Source: Trichoplax adhaerens (taxonomy: Eukaryota > Animalia > Placozoa). From it: a stretch of DNA of 64,000 bases. The translations under genes and the position numbers were made by a program. This document shows positions 33,601 to 45,887 of this stretch, piece after piece. How positions within the stretch are numbered: position 1 is the stretch's first letter; each line of letters starts with the position of its first letter. The notes beneath the pieces are model-generated. The model worked only from the letters and a program-made list of their open reading frames with translations. It did not search any database and was not told where the DNA came from. Location: NCBI RefSeq assembly GCF_000150275.1, contig NW_002060944.1:3324152-3388151 (forward strand), read 5' to 3'.

Positions 33601-36600
33601 GTTTGTAAGCAGATATCAATCATAATATTTCTACCGTTGTTTTGTACATGTAATAACTTTATCTAAAACTACCGTGCAATGATAGTACAAGCATAGAATT
33701 AGTACTGTTTAAGTGTTCCTTTCGATGCAAGAATTTAATAATTAATAGTTATAGTTTAGTATAGAAATTAGCTATAGGTGGAATAGATTCCAATAAAATA
33801 ATTACGCATTAAAGATTTAGTCTTATTAATAATTGATTTTGACTGTGCGAAATTTTTTATCGATTAATTGTATGTATCAATCGTATTGCTTTATGATTAA
33901 TTAATATCAGAACCTGAACTACGACTAGAAGGTCATTCTAACGTAATCTCGGCTCTATCTCCGGGTAAATTTGGCACCTTGCTGTCTGGCTCTTGGGATG
34001 GGTATTACATAAAATTGCTCTTAGATAACTTAATATGATGATTGGTATAGAATTAGGCTTACTTAGCTAGCCTAAAACTAGTAAATAAAATCAACATTGC
34101 TATCCTAAATTTACAATTATAGTATGGTGTAACGATAAATTTTAAGATTTAAGCATGAATTAAAAATTTATAGAACAGCACGAGTTTGGTTGAAATCTAA
34201 ATCAGTAATGGTCCTCCAAGAACACGAAGGAAGTGTCTTAGCTGTTAGCTTTATGTCTAGTCAAGGAATTATGATTACAGGTAAGGGTAACGTCCTTGTA
34301 GGACTAGTTTTATAACTGTTCTGTACTACAATTTTAGCTCGTAAACCGTCTTGATAGGTAAATATATTTAATTTTACAACTACTGTATGCTTTATACTTT
34401 GTGCCACTTGAATACATGTTTAAATAAAAATATCTAGTTCATGATTTACTACCTCTATCATTGATTGGTCCTGTCACGTAATGGCATTTCTATCGCATGT
34501 TACAGGTTCGTCAGATAAGAGTATTAAAGTCTGGAGAGGTGGAAATTGTGAACGTACCTTAACTGGGCACACAGATTGTGTTCGCGCACTTTGTGTCTGT
34601 TCTGATGTTGATATTTTATCGTGTGGCAACGATTGGTATGTTGCAAAATATTGATTTATAAGGGTATTACGATTTATCTATTCTCGTAAAAGTTATGCAA
34701 CTACTTTTACTCAACTTGTAGCACAATTCGAAAATGGAATGTATTAACTGGACAGTGTCAACAAACTTTCCATGGTCACAGTAGTTTTATCTATGGGTAC
34801 GGTGAATGACTGATATGTCTTACTATAACGATTGTTATAGCAATGGCCCTTTGTCATAGTAGTAATTTATTTGCTCTATATTCACAGAATTTGTATGTAT
34901 CCTGGTAAAACAGTAGACTTTGTTTCATGCGGTGAAGATAGATCTCTCCGAATGTGGAAAGGTAAAGAATAGCATGTATTTTACTGCAATCTTTTTATAG
35001 GTGGTGCGTTAAAAAGACTGATTTATTTACTGTTGCGGTTCAGATGATAAACTAATCCAAACAATCACGCACCCTGCCCAATCTGTTTGGACTGTATCAT
35101 GTTTAAGTAATGGAGATATCATAACTGGAACAAGGTGAGCTATCGTCAATATGATAGCTGACTACGAGTTATAAATACAGCAGTGCATTGATATGTACAT
35201 CGACTATGAAAGTTTAGACTTTATAATGCGAGGTAGTAATGAAATCATTAATAATTCTTTTGTAAATATCTGTTCAGTGATGGATTAGCTAGGATTTTTA
35301 CAATGGACGTAACACGATTAGCGTCAGATGAACAATTGAAAGTGAGTTTATTGTTGCTGAATTTCAGGGTATAATTGTAATCTTAAGATATGCACAGTAG
35401 CTTTAACATCATTTCTTTATTGTTTTAATGATGAAATAAGAATTTTTCTAAGCAAGAAGCATTGTTCACAATCAACGCCTCAAAGTAAGTAATTTGAAAT
35501 ACAGTATTACCTACTAAATCTAGCAATATTGCTTTATTGCATCTAAATTAGATATTCAGTTAACAATTTTACTATTATTTATCATGTGCTACAAATTGAA
35601 AGTGTGTTGTTTATAATATTTCAATATTCTCATTGTAGTCCAAAAGGAAAAAATGTAAACATTAGCGAATTGCCAGGCATTGAAGCGATAGGAATCCCTG
35701 GTTAGCCAGCAAAATCGATAATACATTCCTATATTGCAAAGATCCCAAAGTGCTAATTACAGTAACTTGAATTAGAATTTTAAATTTTGGCTTAATTTTA
35801 TTTTTTAGGCAAAAAGGATGGTCAAGTTAAAATGTTTCGTAACGGTGATGTCGCTGAAGCTTATCAAGTATTGTACTATCTCTAATATTATCATTTATAA
35901 TTATAATTAATATAGCACTCATAATATTTACATAGCATTGAAGCCGTTCTACTCGTAATGTATGATTGACATAAATTCAACTTCTTTTTTACCGGTATCT
36001 CATTTACTGTTTAGTGGAGCGCCGATTCTCAGCTTTGGGAAAGGGTAAATAAGATTACAAGTTTTATCTTCCAGTTGTGCTGTAATTGATCCACTTGACC
36101 CACACTATGCCTATTATTTTCCAATGTAACTCTTATCAGGTTGGCGAAGTTCTAAGCTCATCTAATAAAGAAACATATGAAGGAAAGGTATGTGTAATTG
36201 ACTCAAACCGTTGCTGTATATATTCAGTAGAAATACTATAAAATTGAGGCGTCCTGAGAACTTACTCTTATACTTACGTATAAAGGAATACGACCACGTA
36301 TTCTCTGTAGATGTTGAAGAAGGAAAACCGCACAAGAAGTTACCGTATAATTTATCTGGTAACATATCAAATTATACGTTACTATATGATGTCATTATAA
36401 TAAATCTACGTTTTTTTGGATGTCTTCTGATATTGCTTGATTATGGACAACTGTAGAGGATCCATGGTACGCCGCTCAGAGATTTATTGACAAAGAAAGT
36501 CTCCCACAGGTGTATTTAGACCAGGTACGTATTTTGCACAAATTCAGTAGTTATGATTAAATATTATCAATGCATTTTTAAGATAATAGAATAATAATTG

Positions 36601-39413
36601 CCAGGCCATAATTTTGTGTTGCGTAATCTACAGGTAGCGAAATTCATAATCGATAACACAAAAGGTCAAGCATTAGCTTCAAGTGTACCGACCAGCAATG
36701 AATACAGTGATCCTTTTACAGGTTCGTACGATGGTACTGTAGTACATAATTCAATGTAAAGAAATTCAAAAATTTAAAAGCGAATACCACATATATTTTT
36801 CGTTTTCTTTAAATAAAGGTGGATCTCGCTATGTTCCTGGGCGTCAAATCGAGCAGTCCTCTAATGCTGCTTCCGATCCCTTCACAGGTATTACTATAAG
36901 AAATCATGTTAGCGATTCTGAAATATGAGCTGTTCTTCCAAGTTATCAATATTTAACTATAGCGTTGTATTATTATAGGTACTTCACGATATATTCCCGG
37001 ACAACAATCAAATCAAGATGCAGGCAGTGGATCTGATCCTTTTACAGGTAACAGGCCAGTAGTCGTGAATAGATTTTTTACACAGTTAGTGGAATACGCA
37101 AATAATATCAGTTTGAAATTTTATTCTATGTAATACCATCATTTTACTGGAAAGAAACTTTTCTGACATTATCAACTATTTGCATAATATGGTTATCTAA
37201 CGTAATATCTTTTCTTATTCTTCAATATATCAATGAATGAATATTTGGCACCTTCTGCTGTTTAGGCGAAAATCGTTATGTACCAAATCAATCACGTTCG
37301 GTTAGATTGCACCGTATATATTACGCTAGCAATTAAATACTTACGTTTAGTTTTGATTATATGTTGTGCTACATCTGGTATGGTATCTTAACGTCGACAT
37401 GCTATATGTTGCTAATATGTCTTTTACGATTCTGGTTAATATTAATTCTAGCAGGTAAAGCCGAACAGTACTGTATTTAAATATTTTCCCAAGGTATATT
37501 AAGATAGTTTCATTCATGGCTTTTTACTGCCTTTGTAACAACAATTGCAATTAGGAATATGTAGAGTATGATCACTTATATTTTCCATCCGTTTTATGCT
37601 AATCTAGACGTCACATCTACTCTTTGATGGTATAAACGTTACTGGCCTTTTAAGTAAATTAAACTCTTTCAATGCTTCGGTACCTGCGGTAAGTGAATCA
37701 GTCAAACAATTACTTGATTCCACAGAACCCAATAATATAGTACCGGTAGCAAGAGTTATGATGCATATTGCCTATATGTATTTTGTATCATTTTGCTTAC
37801 TGATATATACAAAATGTAACACAATCCCCTCTAATACCGTTAGAATCATCAGTTAACGAATGAACAATTATTGCAGCTTACAGGTAACTGTAAATCCAAA
37901 CCTAACTTTTCAATTAGTTATTAATATACCTCCTATCTATACAATACAATGGCAGAGAGTGTAAATTTTGCCTGCAGACCTGAAAACTATAATCAGCGGC
38001 AATTGGATATAAAAGAGCTGGATATTCTAGCAAAAGTGCTAGACTGGCCGGAAGATTTCGTGTTTCCAGGTATCCTTAGTCTTACGATATTTATTTAAAA
38101 TGAATTCTATTCATGATCATGAAATTATTCTAGCGTCTGTTATTGGCCAGAAAATGTCTGAACAAATTTCTTGTATACAAACCATTTGATTATACCTTAG
38201 GACTTGATATCTTGAGACTATATATTCGTCATCCACAAGTCAATACATACTTCACAGCGACAGATAGGGGTGCAGATTTTATTACTTCCTTATTACATTT
38301 TCTAAGGTAGGCTATCACGTTTCTTAAAGTTACTATAAATGTTATTGATTAATTTTGTTAAAGCAGGCAATTTGTTACTTTTAATCAGTTTTAACCGTAT
38401 AATAATCCAGATTTCGCATGTTGCTAATAATCTTCTACTTATGTTGTGCCCAGAGATTCATCCAAGATTAATAACTGCTTATTGGCATTGCGAGTTTTGG
38501 CTAATGTTTTTAGCAATCCATCTGGTGCTAATTTGATGGTAATTTGCTGCGACGATGTAAGCATATTTTGATACAACTAATAACTTTCTAGGTCTAAACT
38601 ACACGAAAATTATTGCCGTACTAAAGTTTATAAGCTCGTATACATTTATTGCTTTATACTTTAAATGTTTATAGATTTTGAAAGGGCTTGTCGACCTACA
38701 TAGTAGTGACAATAAGAACGTCAGAATTGCCATATCTACAATTTTATTAAAGTAAGAACCTAATTCCCTAGGAAAAGTCAATATCCGATTCGTATTCAAG
38801 TTAAGAATACTATATTTTTTGTGAATCATTTAGCTACGGCGTTAGCTTACAAGGCCTACAAGAACCGGACGCGAAATCAGTTTGCTTGAATTTATTATCT
38901 TTGGTAATCTTTTGAATTACTTGGATCAACAGAAGCTAACAATTTGACTCACTTGTTCAATAGAACTTGCTTTTTACTTGTCCTTATTATCTAAATAGAT
39001 ACTGGCTACTGAAGTTCAACCAGAATCCGTATTTCGAGCTATGGTAGCTACTGGAACAATAGTAAGATAGCTGGCTTGATGTTGATAGTCTGTAGATAAA
39101 TATATTTGTAAATATTGCAGTGAAAATTTCCATCGCTATGCAGTGGTGTAAAAAAAGATTGTGTAACACTAAAATTTTTTCTTGGATTGTAATGATTAGT
39201 GTTTCAATAATATCGAAATGACCCAGCTAGCGCGAACTTTAGGATTTGATGACTATTTTATAAGACTAAGTAAAACTTCAGAGCCAGAAAAGGTTAGCAC
39301 TTTTGCTACTTGTTTTGTGTACAAAATAATGACTTCATAATCACGATCAATTTTACTACGAATTTTTATAGATTGGAGAGTGTGCGTCACAACTGTTGCA
39401 GATTGTTCAATAA
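30664..39413 (+). CDS. PLAA: Phospholipase A2-activating protein / Doa1-Ufd3 (WD40-PFU-PUL), multi-exon
   Basis: [63 protein letters not shown] domain [39 protein letters not shown], three DPFTG repeats, PUL domain [24 protein letters not shown], and end [18 protein letters not shown]. Confidence 0.96.
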
Positions 39414-40098
39414 TGTAAAAACTTTAATATCCGTTGCTACATGTTTGCAAAACCGATCTACTATATTTAAATACGAGTTTTATATGATCTTGATATTAAT
39501 TAAAGTCGAAGATTTCTTGAGCCTATAACAGTTTAAATTGTAGAACAGGTATTATCTGTAAAATCGTGATGGTTTGTTATTTAACTAGTGAAAGATGATA
39601 AAAGAGGTAAATACTCGTATGGTAAATTAATTGCCAAGAATTTTAAATATACGATAAGGGGTTGATGTTCTATGATGTTTTGTGTATTAAAACTACGAAA
39701 CATCAATCCTTTCGTACAAAATGTATTCGCGATTATTGATGAAATTAATCTCGCTCGAAATCTTGACTAAAACAATGGCTTTAAGATTTAGTATTGATTA
39801 TTCAAGTACAAGATCTTTGTTGATTACTGAAAGTAAATTCATGTAATAAAACTATTTCAAACCTGAAGACATGTTAATAATTTATTGTGATTTGAGCCAA
39901 CAATTTTATCTAATGCATGCTCACATAACACGAAATACGCACACATAATTAATTATAACACTGGCATACTCTACTATATTTTCATATTAGTTCAATTTTA
40001 TTTTGCAGCCTTCGCATATATCTGAATTTCTGAGGGAAAATATGACATAAAACGTACTTCAAGATAGAGAATATTTATGCTAGTAGATTACAAGCAAC

Positions 40099-43029
40099 TT
40101 AAAACTTTTTTCGATTCATCATACACGCAATGTATTTTATAACTTGCATTTTAAATGCTTTTCTTAGCTGATATTCATTTAATTTAATACCGTTACCACA
40201 TTTAACCCCAGCAAAAACAGAAACGTATGTGATTAAGAATGTGGTTGCAGATTCAACGTATGAATCGATACTTTTTAAGTTATCAAATATAAGTATGGAG
40301 GAAAAATAGATCATTGATATAATAACTAGTAGTATAATATGTAAAATCAAATGCGACACGTTATAATAACAGCCTGGATATAATTTTACGATTTTTTCAT
40401 GTAGTTTTACGGGAACGGCAACAATACCGTATGATAAATTATAGTACGCGATTCCTAGCCATGAAGCGATGAAATCTTCCATCTCCTTATTTGCATTATA
40501 ATCATGTACAGTTTTCATTAATTGATTAATCGATATGGATTTACATAAACTGCCATTCTTTATAGAGATAGTATTATCGATGGTTGACTTTAAATTGCAT
40601 AATATATCAAGCTTGAATTCTGATGCTTCCAAATCAGCCATGTTTTTCGTAGGTGTTATCCGCATGTAGAAGCATGCATGCTTCTCTAGTAATAGGAAAG
40701 AATGCAACGATTCAGGGATTTCAATATTATCTATTATCAATCTGATCATCACATTCGTTAATGATTTTGGCACTTTTACATCATTTGCCTTGGGTAATGC
40801 ATCACAGATTTGAAACTTTAAGATAGCTTTGGTGAAAAAGCGACTATCACACAATAGCTCACTTTGTAATTCCTGTCTAATTTCATGCAATACTTTAACG
40901 ATTGTTAGTCTATCATCAAAGTAAGTTGTAAGCTGGCAGTAAATGAAGTATACTATAACAATTATAATTGCGATGTAAGGAAGAAAGAATTTTATATAGG
41001 GTAAAATAATAGCAGTTGTGGTAATCATATGGGCAATGATGATTGAAAAGAAAAATGGCGTGACAAAGCTAAAGGTTATGATAAAGGCTATGATCAAAGA
41101 TGAAATACTTTTGCCATACCTTGCTAAAGTAGGTTGAATTAGACGTATAAGCTGAAACGGAAAGGTAGCAAACAAGAAATGGCCAAATAGAAATGATATT
41201 GTCGATAAGAGTAATTTAAGTATTATCTTGAAAACTTTACTTTTGTGTAGACAATCTTGAATTGAGTCATTTAATTTGGCTAACAGTACCTGCCAATATG
41301 TTTGCTGTGTTCTTAAAATAAGACACCACCGATTACATGGCGATATTTGACGTTGTTGACAATACTCTGGCTGTGATATACATGATATTGAAGTTTTAAT
41401 TGATTCTTTTTTCCTTTTATTAACTAGATAAACCCAGCGATGTATAGAATACCATGAATTTCCTTCATAATTTCTTAGCCAGTTATTAATAAAAGTGATT
41501 TGATCAGTCGTTAACCTTAGCCAGTTAGTTAATACTATGCAACCTCCGATAGAAAGACATCCAAGGAGACAAAATGGTAAGGCAAGGTTAATTGAATAAG
41601 GATTCATAATAGATTGTATACAAATAGACATGTAAGGAATGGATAGTATAATATATGTTAAGCAACGAGACCACCGATAATGCTTTAAGACATCAGAGTA
41701 AAATAATCGAATTTGATAACTTGGCGTTTCTTTCTCGTATGAGGATATTGCTCTTAACTTTTTGCCATGCTTTTCCCTTTAATTAATGTAAACAATAACA
41801 AGGCTTAATCCTTTTATGATTTGACAGATTTAGTACTATATTTGAAATTATATTGGTAAGAGATAATTGTCGATTGGAAATTTACGTTAGATGCAGAAAT
41901 ATTTCTATGTTTGACTGATTAACTTTATTATTGGCTATTGGCTGTGAGTCACTGCCCTACTCGATGCCATTGCTAGTGACAACGATCAGTGGGTTGTTTT
42001 ATTCTCAGTTTTGTTCACGTCAGCAACTGCATGCAAATGGACTAAGCCCTATGGACATTTTAACACCTAGACTTTATATGGTATGCCGCTATTAATTACT
42101 GCTCATGATGACTGAACAATTCTATATTGCAAAATAAGAATCTAAATGTGCCCGTAAAGCTTTATGTGTTAATTAATGCTGATTAATTATGAATTAGATT
42201 CTCATTGGCATAAATTATACTAGTAATAGATTTAAATTGCAAGTATGTCTACCTTGCTACAAGGGAAGCTTTTAATCTATTCCATCTATTACAATAAGCA
42301 CTATACGATGTATGTCAGCCTACTCATATTTTAAGTTATATCAACACATCCTGATCCTGCATAAACTGTTAACTTAATTTTATACCTGATAATTGGAGAT
42401 GATATATCCGAATAAAAGAGTTGCAAGAAAACGCGCATAAAGTGCATTCCAGTTGTTAAACAAATCAAATAATATAAGGAAAAAAATCGATTGCTACTAC
42501 TTGAATGAAATTTCTTTTCTTCCCAAATCAATTTATTACCATTGCGGCAGCATTTTAGGCACTGATAGCATTTCTGTTGACGATCGATAATGCATATCGT
42601 TGATGTTAGTAAATCAGTTTGTGTTATATTTAAGAGTACTTTGATGGAATATGGTGTAAAGCGGCATTGCTTATCATCTTGATATGTACGATAGGAAATA
42701 TTGCCATTCGTCAATTGGATTGTGTATTGAAATAATTGGAGTAACCTCATGGAGAATATTTCAAATTCGTCATTTAAAATTAGTATTGTACCACTACGAC
42801 TATTTGATTTAATCCTTGTCCATGCAATGGCGCATCGTTTATCGGTGTTATTCAAGGTTTGATTCGATTGGAAATATACCACTTGTATATTACTAATCCT
42901 TTCGATTTTCGTAAAACTATGTCGATCCACTTCAAGTTCATGTTGGACCATGGTTATGCCATGGCTAATATTAATTTGGTTAACAAATACTATCACCATG
43001 ATGATTGCGGATGAAAGTAGATAATCCAT
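40099..43029 (-). CDS. Uncharacterised multipass membrane protein, 2 exons (43029-42386, 41776-40099), about 773 aa
   Basis: The 232-aa and 510-aa ORFs join in frame through a phase-2 GT-AG intron (ATCAG|GTATAA ... TTAAAG|GGAAAAG). It has an N-terminal signal-like segment, a Cys-containing ectodomain and about 7-9 hydrophobic helices. I recognise no named domain. Confidence 0.7.
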
Positions 43030-43119
43030 AGTTTATCGTCCTATTCAATACGTGGTTGGATGAAATTCGCCCAATTTAGCGTTAAAGCAGCTGGACTATG
43101 ATTAGCAATCAAGAATATT

Positions 43120-43610
43120 NNNNNNNNNNNNNNNNNNNNNNNNNNNNNNNNNNNNNNNNNNNNNNNNNNNNNNNNNNNNNNNNNNNNNNNNNNNNNNNNN
43201 NNNNNNNNNNNNNNNNNNNNNNNNNNNNNNNNNNNNNNNNNNNNNNNNNNNNNNNNNNNNNNNNNNNNNNNNNNNNNNNNNNNNNNNNNNNNNNNNNNNN
43301 NNNNNNNNNNNNNNNNNNNNNNNNNNNNNNNNNNNNNNNNNNNNNNNNNNNNNNNNNNNNNNNNNNNNNNNNNNNNNNNNNNNNNNNNNNNNNNNNNNNN
43401 NNNNNNNNNNNNNNNNNNNNNNNNNNNNNNNNNNNNNNNNNNNNNNNNNNNNNNNNNNNNNNNNNNNNNNNNNNNNNNNNNNNNNNNNNNNNNNNNNNNN
43501 NNNNNNNNNNNNNNNNNNNNNNNNNNNNNNNNNNNNNNNNNNNNNNNNNNNNNNNNNNNNNNNNNNNNNNNNNNNNNNNNNNNNNNNNNNNNNNNNNNNN
43601 NNNNNNNNNN
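43120..43610. other. Assembly gap (491 N)
   Basis: Run of N. Confidence 1.
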
Positions 43611-45249
43611 TAAAAAGAAAATATATCCAGCAATACCCAGTTCACTTTGCTGTCGCTTTCTTTTTATTCGCCTCCGCTTATTAATTATTCCAAGTGTGAT
43701 AGACTTTCCGAAAATGCCTTAAAATTAAGTATAGTATACTGTATCATAAGCTTGGTACTACTTTCCAGTTCAAATGTACTACTGCATGCATCGCTATCAT
43801 CATCTACTTGTAGAGTAGAAGTAAAAGTATGTTGTACCTGGGAAATCGTGCCATCGCTTTTCTTTCATTCGCCTCAACTGGTTATCCTAACTAAGATACA
43901 CTATGCGAAAATAGCCTAAGCTACGTCTATAGCAAGGTTGGTATCTTACAAGTCAATAAAATTGTACGCGTACAATCATGATCTGCTTGTGAAGTAAATA
44001 AAAGTAGCACCGGCAAGCATGGACTACGGAAGAGAGAATACTGTATCATTTTACTTTGTTCATGTTAGCTTGCCATCTCAACTACTGCATTGTATAGTAG
44101 TATACGGCATGGATCATACTCGTCGAGATCTCGGATAGTGTATCCCGGCAGCAGATTGGCATCGTAATTGACCTAATTAGCTAGGCATCCATTGCAACCT
44201 TGAAACTTTGTTTAAGCCCATTCCTTCCCTATCATCCACCTGTAGATTAAACTATAGAATATAATACCTATTTAGGCAAATCCTATGCACTCATATACTA
44301 TTGCGGTGGCCGTATGGATTCTAAGGATAATCAATTGATTCTAATATAATACTGATGCAACACAAATTAATTGTACTTACTGTAGACAACGTATCAAGCC
44401 GTAGCAGTCATAATATTTATTCATTCAAAATGGATTTACACTTGGTATAGAAAGATCGACTCATTAATTAATCCTATTATTAGTACGCTGAATTATTTGT
44501 CAAGATTCTAAATTCGTCTATTCTTGCATACAGCAGTAAGTTCATTCGATCAGAATGGGCTAATTAAGGATCTCCCTGGTCTGGTGAATCTTTGATTGGC
44601 TATCAGTATGGTTATTACGCAATTTGTCTTGACTTTATTCATTTAATTTCATATTTACTGATCTACCAGCCAGTAATTCAATTAATTTCATTATTATCAA
44701 TTCACCATTGATGATGAATGATGAATACATACAGTATATTAACAATGAGTCGTTGAGGCTCAAGTCATGAAGACGGTCATTAAATGCAATCTATTGACTA
44801 GGATAGTGGATAATAATGCTGTAGTTTGGATGATGCTATAAATGAATAACTTAATACGATTGGAATTATACAAGGTGATGATCGACTTTCGACCAGATTT
44901 GTGTGTCCAAGTTATAGCACCTACACCAAGCTCGACCGCCATTAAAATACAGTACAATAGTCACTTTGTATGCGTGCCACTGTCATACTGTTACAGATGC
45001 CAATCGGGCTGACGTCAGTTTTCCATGGAAGATCAATCTCGGCCTGGAGTAGTCTATTTTATGAGCGCCGATGTGGCTACTCTCGCTATATCTATTCTTT
45101 CATAATCGAGGTATTTTGTGTACAGCAATACCCAAAATGAGAGCTCTTGCTCCCTCTTCAGAGTTGCTATACTAAAGATGACTATTTTCTATTTTATATC
45201 GGAAAAGTAAAAATGATCACGCTCAGCGATGATGAAGATGTTCATATTG

Positions 45250-45420
45250 AACACTATACAGAACTGTATACTATAGTCTATACTGTACGTCAGAAAGGCG
45301 GGGAACCTGACTGAGTTTTGTATCAAACTCGACGGATAACTATTGTACGCTACAGTGGCTACACTGTCACTGTAACACGTACTCCATGGTGTCAATACAC
45401 TGTATAGCTTCAGATGCACT
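45250..45420. promoter_or_regulatory. Looser ACTGTA/TACAGT motif cluster between the divergent orphan gene and VPS13
   Basis: GAACTGTATAC, TACTGTACG, ATTGTACGCTACAGT, ACACTGTCACTGTAAC, ACACTGTATAG. Confidence 0.3.
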
Positions 45421-45887
45421 AAAACACTGAACCGTGACGATACAATGAACTTACTGCCTTAGTGAATTTCTACTCTACTCTACTACACTGTGCGCAGTCA
45501 AAACAAGTTCAAGGTAGAACGAAAGAGAATATTGATCCAGTGAAACTGGTGGGGAAAAATTGTCGGCCGCCTTGTTCATTAATTAATTAATGGTAGACAC
45601 AGTCAACGCCCGAAGGAAACAGTGAGTAAAAATCGAGGATATAGGTATCATTTTGCACCAGTAGAAGATACAGTGGTCGCAAATGGACTTGTATCCAATC
45701 CATTTCTCTCTTTGTAGAATTAATCATATATCACTCAGTGTGTAGTCTGTCAACAACGAGTTGGCGTAGCGATGACTATACTATACTCTACAGTATAGTG
45801 CAAAATGTCGGCAATCAAGGGACTTCCTTCTTTGTACCTAGAATTAAACTTCTCTTCTTATCCTTGATAGGTTCTATACGACCAACA

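Noticed and set aside
43098-43645. 171-aa and 178-aa ORFs in the ORF track
   Set aside because: They span the N gap and are artefacts.
45010-45017. Perfect CRE palindrome TGACGTCA upstream of VPS13
   Set aside because: One 8-mer is expected by chance in 64 kb.
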